From Eledone cirrhosa (taxonomy: Eukaryota), in contig OZ024758.1 of the NCBI GenBank assembly GCA_964016885.1, positions 39,184,001 through 39,248,000 of the forward strand: DNA of 64,000 nucleotides, in the 5' to 3' direction. Made by a program: the position numbers and the translations under genes. The notes beneath the pieces were generated by a model. The model saw nothing but the letters and a program-made list of their open reading frames with translations. It was not told where the DNA came from and did no database searches. The stretch's first letter is position 1, and each line of letters begins with the position of its first letter. This document shows, one piece after another, positions 54,801 through 64,000 of the stretch.

Positions 54801-57800
54801 GAATTCTCACCAACAGTGGAGTTACTTCTGACAGCTAATACCATGAACTTAAATGAATTCTCACCAACAGTGGAGTTACTTCTGACAGCTAATACCATGA
54901 ACTTAAATGAATTCTCACCAACAGTGGAGTTACTTCTGACAGCTAGTACCATGAACTTAAATGAATTCTCACCAACAGTGGAGTTACTTCTGACAGCTAA
55001 TACCATGAACTTAAATGAATTCTCACCAACAGTGGAGTTACTTCTGACAGCTAATACCATGAACTTAAATGAATTCTCACCAACAGTGGAGTTACTTCTG
55101 ACAGCTAGTACCATGAACTTAAATGAATTCTCACCAACAGTGGAGTTACTTGTGACAGCTAATACCATGAACTTAAATGAATTCTCACCAACATTGGAGT
55201 TACTTCTGACAGCTAGTACCATGAACCTAAATGAATTCTCACCAACAGTGGAGTTACTTCTGACAGCTAATACCATGAACTTAAATGAATTCTCACCAAC
55301 AGTGGAGTGACTTCTGACAGCTAATACCATGAACTTAAATGAATTCTCACCAACATTGGGGTTACTTCTGACAGCTAGTACCATGAACTTAAATGAATTC
55401 TCACCAACAGTGAAGTTACTTCTGACAGCTAGTACCATGAACTTAAATGAATTCTCACCAACAGTGGAGTTACTTCTGACAGCTAATACCATGAACTTAA
55501 ATGAATTCTCACCAACAGTGGAGTTACTTCTGACAGCTAATACCATGAACTTAAATGAATTCTCACCAACAGTGGAGTTCCTTCTGACAGCTAGTACCAT
55601 GACTTAAATGAATTCTCACCAACAATGGAGTTACTTCTGACAGCTAATACCATGACTTAAATGAATTCTCACCAGCAGTGGAGTTACTTCTGACAGCTAG
55701 TACCATGAACTTAAATGAATTCTCACCAACATTGGAGTTACTTCTGACAACTAATACCATGATTTAAATGAATTCTCACCAACAGTGGAGTTACTTCTGA
55801 CAACTAATACCATGAACTTAACTGAATTCTCACCAACAGTGGAGTTACTTCTGACAGCTAGTACCATGAACTTAAATGAATTCTCACCAACAGTGGAGTT
55901 ACTTCTGACAGCTAATACCATGAACTTAAATGAATTCTCACCAACAGTGGAGTTCCTTCTGACAGCTAATACCATGAACTTAAATGAATTCTCACCAACA
56001 TTGGAGTTACTTCTGACAGCTAGTACCATGACTTAAATGAATTCTCACCAACTTTGGAGTTACTCTGACAGCTAATACCATGACTTAAATGAATTCTCAC
56101 CAACAGTGGAGTTACTTCTGACAGCTAATACCATGAACTTAAATGAATTCTCACCAACAGTGGAGTTACGTCTGACAGCTAGTACCATGAACTTAAATGA
56201 ATTCTCACCAACATTGGAGTTACTTCTGACAACTAATACCATGACTTAAATGAATTCTCACCAACAGTGGAGTTACTTCTGACAAACTAATACCATGAAC
56301 TTAAATGAATTCTCACCAACAGTGGAGTTACTTCTGACAGCTAGTACCATGAACTTAAATGAATTCTCACCAACAGTGGAGTTACTTCTGACAGCTAATA
56401 CCATGAACTTAAATTAATTCTCACCAACATTGGAGTTACTTCTGACAGCTAGTACCATGAACTTAAATGAATTCTCACCAACATTGGAGTTACTTCTGAC
56501 AGCTAGTACCATGAACTTAAATGAATTCTCACCAACAGTGGAGTTACTTCTGACAGCAAATACCATGAACATAAATGAATTCTCACCAACAGTGGAGTTC
56601 CTTCTGACAGCTAATACCATGAACTTAAATGAATTCTCACCAACATTGGAGTTACTTCTGACAGCTAGTACCATGACTTAAATGAATTCTCACCAACATT
56701 GGAGTTACTTCTGACAACTAATACCATGACTTAAATGAATTCTCACCAACAGTGGAGTTACTTCTGACAAACTAATACCATGAACTTAAATGAATTCTCA
56801 CCAACAGTGGAGTTACTTCTGACAGCTAGTACCATGAACTTAAATGAATTCTCACCAACAGTGGAGTTCCTTCTGACAGCTAATACCATGAACTTAAATG
56901 AATTCTCACCAACATTGGGGTTACTTCTGACAGCTAGTACCATGAACTTAAATGAATTCTCACCAACAGTGGAGTTACTTCTGACAGCTAATACCATGTA
57001 CTTAAATGAATTCTCACCAACAGTGGAGTTACTTCTGACAGCTAATACCATGAACTTAAATGAATTCTCACCAACAGTGGAGTTACTTCTGACAGCTAGT
57101 ACCATGAACTTAAATGAATTCTCACCAACAGTGGAGTTACTTCTGACAGCTAATACCATGAACTTAAATGAATTCTCACCAACAGTGGAGTTACTTCTGA
57201 CAGCTAATACCATGAACTTAAATGAATTCTCACCAACATTGGATTTACTTCTGACAGCTAGTACCATGAACCTAAATGAATTCTCACCAACAGTGGAGTT
57301 ACTTCTGACAGCTAATACCATGAACTTAAATGAATTCTCACCAACAGTGGAGTTCCTTCTGACAGCTAATAGCATGAACTTAAATGAATTCTCACCAACA
57401 GTGGAGTTACTTCTGACAGCTAGTACCATGACTTAAATGAATTCTCACCAACATTGGAGTTACTTCTGACAGCTAGTACCATGAACTTAAATGAATTCTC
57501 ACCAACAGTGGAGTTACTTCTGACAGCTAGTACAATGAACTTAAATGAATTCTCACCAACAATGGAGTTACTTCTGACAGCTAATACCATGACTTAAATG
57601 AATTCTCACCAACAGTGGAGTTACTTCTGACAGCTAATACCATGAACTTAAATGAATTCTCACCAACAGTGGAGTTACTTCTGACAGCTAGTACCATGAA
57701 CTTAAATGAATTCTCACCAACAGTGGAGTTACTTCTGACAGCTAGTACCATGAACTTAAATGAATTCTCACCAACAGTGGAGTTACTTCTGACAGCTAAT

Positions 57801-60400
57801 AAAATGAACTTAAATGAATTCTCACCAACATTGGAGTTACTTCTGACAGCTAGTACCATGAACTTAAATGAATTCTCACCAACAGTGGAGTTACTTCTGA
57901 CAGCTAATACCATGAACTTAAATGAATTCTCACCAACAGTGGAGTTCCTTCTGACAGCTAATAGCATGAACTTAAATGAATTCTCACCAACAGTGGAGTT
58001 ACTTCTGACAGCTAGTACCATGACTTAAATGAATTCTCACCAACATTGGAGTTACTTCTGACAGCTAGTACCATGAACTTAAATGAATTCTCACCAACAG
58101 TGGAGTTACTTCTGACAGCTAGTACCATGAACTTAAATGAATTCTCACCAACAATGGAGTTACTTCTGACAGCTAATACCATGAACTTAAATGAATTCTC
58201 ACCAACATTGGGGTTACTTCTGACAGCTAGTACCATTAACTTAAATGAATTCTCACCAACAGTGGAGTTACTTCTGACAGCTAATACCATGAACTTAAAT
58301 GAATTCTCACCAACAGTGGAGTTACTTCTGACAGCTAATACCATGAACTTAAATGAATTCTCACCAACAGTGGAGTTACTTCTGACAGCTAGTACCATGA
58401 ACTTAAATGAATTCTCACCAACAGTGGAGTTACTTGTGACAGCTAATACCATGAACTTAAATGAATTCTCACCAACATTGGAGTTACTTCTGACAGCTAG
58501 TACCATGAACCTAAATGAATTCTCACCAACAGTGGAGTTACTTCTGACAGCTAATACCATGAACTTAAATGAATTCTCACCAACAGTGGAGTTCCTTCTG
58601 ACAGCTAATACCATGAACTTAAATGAATTCTCACCAACAGTGGAGTTACTTCTGACAGCTAGTACCATGACTTAAATGAATTCTCACCAACATTGGAGTT
58701 ACTTCTGACAGCTAGTACCATGAACTTAAATGAATTCTCACCAACAGTGGAGTTACTTCTGACAGCTAGTACCATGAACTTAAATGAATTCTCACCAACA
58801 ATGGAGTTACTTCTGACAGCTAATACCATGACTTAAATGAATTCTCACCAACAGTGGAGTTACTTCTGACAGCTAATACCATGAACTTAAATGAATTCTC
58901 ACCAACAGTGGAGTAACTTCTGACAGCTAGTACCATGAACTTAAATGAATTCTCACCAACAGTGGAGTTACTTCTGACAGCTAATACCATGAACTTAAAT
59001 GAATTCTCACCAACAGTGGAGTTACTTCTGACAGCTAATACCATGAACTTAAATGAATTCTCACCAACAGTGGAGTTACTTCTGACAGCTAATACCATGA
59101 ACTTAAATGAATTCTCACCAACAGTGGAGTTACTTCTGACAGCTAATACCATGAACTTAAATGAATTCTCACCAACAGTGGAGTTACTTCTGACAGCTAA
59201 TACCATGAACTTAAATGAATTATCACCAACAGTGGAGTTACTTCTGACAGCTAATACCATGAACTTAAATGAATTCTCACCAACATTGGAGTGACTTCTG
59301 ACAGCTAATACCATGAACTTAAATGAATTCTCACCAACATTGGGGTTACTTCTGACAGCTAGTACCATGAACTTAAATGAATTCTCACCAACAGTGGAGT
59401 GACTTCTGACAGCTAATACCATGAACTTAAATGAATTCTCACCAACATTGGAGTGACTTCTGACAGCTAATACCATGAACTTAAATGAATTCTCACCAAC
59501 ATTGGGGTTACTTCTGACAGCTAGTACCATTAACTTAAATGAATTCTCACCAACAGTGGAGTTACTTCTGACAGCTAATACCATGACTTAAATGAATTCT
59601 CACCAACAGTGGAGTTACTTCTGACAGCTAATACCATGAACTTAAATGAATTCTCACCAACAGTGGAGTTACTTCTGACAGCTAGTACCATGAACTTAAA
59701 TGAATTCTCACCAACAGTGGAGTTACTTGTGACAGCTAATACCATGAACTTAAATGAATTCTCACCAACATTGGAGTTACTTCTGACAGCTAGTACCATG
59801 AACCTAAATGAATTCTCACCAACAGTGGAGTTACTTCTGACAGCTAATACCATGAACTTAAATGAATTCTCACCAACAGTGGAGTTCCTTCTGACAGCTA
59901 ATACCATGAACTTAAATGAATTCTCACCAACAGTGGAGTTACTTCTGACAGCTAGTACCATGACTTAAATGAATTCTCACCAACATTGGAGTTACTTCTG
60001 ACAGCTAGTACCATGAACTTAAATGAATTCTCACCAACATTGGAGTGACTTCTGACAGCTAATACCATGAACTTAAATGAATTCTCACCAACATTGGGGT
60101 TACTTCTGACAGCTAGTACCATGAACTTAAATGAATTCTCACCAACAGTGGAGTGACTTCTGACAGCTAATACCATGAACTTAAATGAATTCTCACCAAC
60201 ATTGGAGTGACTTCTGACAGCTAATACCATGAACTTAAATGAATTCTCACCAACATTGGGGTTACTTCTGACAGCTAGTACCATTAACTTAAATGAATTC
60301 TCACCAACAGTGGAGTTACTTCTGACAGCTAATACCATGAACTTAAATGAATTCTCACCAACAGTGGAGTTACTTCTGACAGCTAATACCATGAACTTAA
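50030..60400 (+). repeat. Tandem duplication with 5494-bp (102-monomer) period
   Basis: Offset 5494 = 102x54-14 at 50257/55751, 51264/56758, 52087/57581, 52518/58012, 53326/58820 and 54081/59575. Private variants AATAGCATG, AATAAAATG and GTACAATG. Confidence 0.92.
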
Positions 60401-63400
60401 ATGAATTCTCACCAACAGTGGAGTTACTTCTGACAGCTAGTACCATGAACTTAAATGAATTCTCACCAACAGTGGAGTTACTTGTGACAGCTAATACCAT
60501 GAACTTAAATGAATTCTCACCAACATTGGAGTTACTTCTGACAGCTAGTACCATGAACCTAAATGAATTCTCACCAACAGTGGAGTTACTTCTGACAGCT
60601 AATACCATGAACTTAAATGAATTCTCACCAACAGTGGAGTTCCTTCTGACAGCTAATACCATGAACTTAAATGAATTCTCACCAACAGTGGAGTTACTTC
60701 TGACAGCTAGTACCATGACTTAAATGAATTCTCACCAACATTGGAGTTACTTCTGACAGCTAGTACCATGAACTTAAATGAATTCTCACCAACAGTGGAG
60801 TTACTTCTGACAGCTAGTACCATGAACTTAAATGAATTCTCACCAACAATGGAGTTACTTCTGACAGCTAATACCATGACTTAAATGAATTCTCACCAAC
60901 AGTGGAGTTACTTCTGACAGCTAATACCATGAACTTAAATGAATTCTCACCAACAGTGGAGTAACTTCTGACAGCTAGTACCATGAACTTAAATGAATTC
61001 TCACCAACAGTGGAGTTACTTCTGACAGCTAATACCATGAACTTAAATGAATTCTCACCAACAGTGGAGTTACTTCTGACAGCTAATACCATGAACTTAA
61101 ATGAATTCTCACCAACAGTGGAGTTACTTCTGACAGCTAATACCATGAACTTAAATGAATTCTCACCAACAGTGGAGTTACTTCTGACAGCTAATACCAT
61201 GAACTTAAATGAATTCTCACCAACATTGGAGTGACTTCTGACAGCTAATACCATGAACTTAAATGAATTCTCACCAACATTGGGGTTACTTCTGACAGCT
61301 AGTACCATGAACTTAAATGAATTCTCACCAACAGTGAAGTTACTTCTGACAGCTAGTACCATGAACTTAAATGAATTCTCACCAACAGTGGAGTTACTTC
61401 TGACAGCTAGTACCATGACTTAAATGAATTCTCACCAACATTGGAGTTACTTCTGACAGCTAGTACCATGAACTTAAATGAATTCTCACCAACAGTGGAG
61501 TTACTTCTGACAGCTAGTACCATGAACTTAAATGAATTCTCACCAACAATGGAGTTACTTCTGACAGCTAATACCATGACTTAAATGAATTCTCACCAAC
61601 AGTGGAGTTACTTCTGACAGCTAATACCATGAACTTAAATGAATTCTCACCAACAGTGGAGTAACTTCTGACAGCTAGTACCATGAACTTAAATGAATTC
61701 TCACCAACAGTGGAGTTACTTCTGACAGCTAATACCATGAACTTAAATGAATTCTCACCAACAGTGGAGTTACTTCTGACAGCTAATACCATGAACTTAA
61801 ATGAATTCTCACCAACAGTGGAGTTACTTCTGACAGCTAATACCATGAACTTAAATGAATTCTCACCAACAGTGGAGTTACTTCTGACAGCTAATACCAT
61901 GAACTTAAATGAATTCTCACCAACAGTGGAGTTACTTCTGACAGCTAATACCATGAACTTAAATGAATTATCACCAACAGTGGAGTTACTTCTGACAGCT
62001 AATACCATGAACTTAAATGAATTCTCACCAACATTGGAGTGACTTCTGACAGCTAATACCATGAACTTAAATGAATTCTCACCAACATTGGGGTTACTTC
62101 TGACAGCTAGTACCATGAACTTAAATGAATTCTCACCAACAGTGGAGTGACTTCTGACAGCTAATACCATGAACTTAAATGAATTCTCACCAACATTGGA
62201 GTGACTTCTGACAGCTAATACCATGAACTTAAATGAATTCTCACCAACATTGGGGTTACTTCTGACAGCTAGTACCATTAACTTAAATGAATTCTCACCA
62301 ACAGTGGAGTTACTTCTGACAGCTAATACCATGACTTAAATGAATTCTCACCAACAGTGGAGTTACTTCTGACAGCTAATACCATGAACTTAAATGAATT
62401 CTCACCAACAGTGGAGTTACTTCTGACAGCTAGTACCATGAACTTAAATGAATTCTCACCAACAGTGGAGTTACTTGTGACAGCTAATACCATGAACTTA
62501 AATGAATTCTCACCAACATTGGAGTTACTTCTGACAGCTAGTACCATGAACCTAAATGAATTCTCACCAACAGTGGAGTTACTTCTGACAGCTAATACCA
62601 TGAACTTAAATGAATTCTCACCAACAGTGGAGTTCCTTCTGACAGCTAATACCATGAACTTAAATGAATTCTCACCAACAGTGGAGTTACTTCTGACAGC
62701 TAGTACCATGACTTAAATGAATTCTCACCAACATTGGAGTTACTTCTGACAGCTAGTACCATGAACTTAAATGAATTCTCACCAACATTGGAGTGACTTC
62801 TGACAGCTAATACCATGAACTTAAATGAATTCTCACCAACATTGGGGTTACTTCTGACAGCTAGTACCATGAACTTAAATGAATTCTCACCAACAGTGGA
62901 GTGACTTCTGACAGCTAATACCATGAACTTAAATGAATTCTCACCAACATTGGAGTGACTTCTGACAGCTAATACCATGAACTTAAATGAATTCTCACCA
63001 ACATTGGGGTTACTTCTGACAGCTAGTACCATTAACTTAAATGAATTCTCACCAACAGTGGAGTTACTTCTGACAGCTAATACCATGAACTTAAATGAAT
63101 TCTCACCAACAGTGGAGTTACTTCTGACAGCTAATACCATGAACTTAAATGAATTCTCACCAACAGTGGAGTTACTTCTGACAGCTAGTACCATGAACTT
63201 AAATGAATTCTCACCAACAGTGGAGTTACTTGTGACAGCTAATACCATGAACTTAAATGAATTCTCACCAACATTGGAGTTACTTCTGACAGCTAGTACC
63301 ATGAACCTAAATGAATTCTCACCAACAGTGGAGTTACTTCTGACAGCTAATACCATGAACTTAAATGAATTCTCACCAACAGTGGAGTTCCTTCTGACAG

Positions 63401-64000
63401 CTAATACCATGAACTTAAATGAATTCTCACCAACAGTGGAGTTACTTCTGACAGCTAGTACCATGACTTAAATGAATTCTCACCAACATTGGAGTTACTT
63501 CTGACAGCTAGTACCATGAACTTAAATGAATTCTCACCAACAGTGGAGTTACTTCTGACAGCTAGTACCATGAACTTAAATGAATTCTCACCAACAATGG
63601 AGTTACTTCTGACAGCTAATACCATGACTTAAATGAATTCTCACCAACAGTGGAGTTACTTCTGACAGCTAATACCATGAACTTAAATGAATTCTCACCA
63701 ACAGTGGAGTAACTTCTGACAGCTAGTACCATGAACTTAAATGAATTCTCACCAACAGTGGAGTTACTTCTGACAGCTAATACCATGAACTTAAATGAAT
63801 TCTCACCAACAGTGGAGTTACTTCTGACAGCTAATACCATGAACTTAAATGAATTCTCACCAACAGTGGAGTTACTTCTGACAGCTAATACCATGAACTT
63901 AAATGAATTCTCACCAACAGTGGAGTTACTTCTGACAGCTAATACCATGAACTTAAATGAATTCTCACCAACATTGGAGTGACTTCTGACAGCTAATACC
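58630..64000 (+). repeat. Tandem duplication with 2748-bp (51-monomer) period, running off the window end
   Basis: Offset 2748 = 51x54-6 at 58820/61568, 59575/62323, 59952/62700, 60229/62977 and 60983/63731. Confidence 0.92.

Larger units (their letters stand above)
1..64000 (+). repeat. 54-bp tandem satellite array, about 1,190 monomers (mostly 54 bp, with 53- and 55-bp variants), single orientation, open at both window edges
   Basis: ATGAACTTAAATGAATTCTCACCAACAGTGGAGTTACTTCTGACAGCTARTACC recurs at 19, 73, 127, 181 and onward to the window end. Every ORF in the track is a concatemer of the same 18-aa translation. Monomers differ from consensus by only a few bases. Confidence 0.99.

Noticed and set aside
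1-64000. The ORFs in the track (74-344 aa) as protein-coding genes, such as mucin-like or surface repeat proteins
   Set aside because: There are no unique N- or C-terminal domains. About 7 frameshifting indels per 32 monomers and in-frame stops (GAG TGA, GAG TAA) have been freely amplified. Overlapping ORFs on both strands follow from the 54-bp period.
1-64000. CRISPR array or other repeat-spacer system
   Set aside because: The entire 54-bp unit is repeated. There are no unique spacers, leader or cas genes.
1-64000. Pure artefact (rolling-circle concatemer or random read error)
   Set aside because: Rare variants recur in fixed order at hierarchical offsets, which random error would not produce. 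Individual block copy numbers could still be misassembled.
1-64000. tRNA, rRNA, SINE or transposon-derived sequence, terminators or promoters
   Set aside because: No recognisable RNA-gene motifs, terminal repeats, target-site duplications, strong hairpins or interruptions were seen.

Overview
The whole 64 kb window is one uninterrupted, head-to-tail tandem array of a 54-bp monomer, consensus ATGAACTTAAATGAATTCTCACCAACAGTGGAGTTACTTCTGACAGCTA[A/G]TACC (37-39% GC, EcoRI site in nearly every copy). There are roughly 1,190 copies, all in one orientation, and I saw no unique sequence, spacers, inversions or inserted elements. It is best read as eukaryotic-type satellite DNA from deep inside a large array, though organism and chromosomal role cannot be determined from the window. 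All listed ORFs arise because 54 is divisible by 3 and one frame on each strand lacks stops. Propagated frameshifts and nonsense variants break them every few hundred bp, so no genes are called. The real structure is the order of variant monomers. A 32-mer/29-mer higher-order repeat (HOR; 1723/1561 bp) dominates about 3-11 kb and 20-36 kb. Larger block duplications lie at offsets of 1775, 2049, 2207, 2748, 4309/3933, 5229, 5494, about 13,194 and 19,870 bp, and diagnostic variants turn over from left to right. I found no protein-coding system. Offsets come from ORF-track coordinates and visually located marker variants, so block boundaries are approximate to about one or two monomers.
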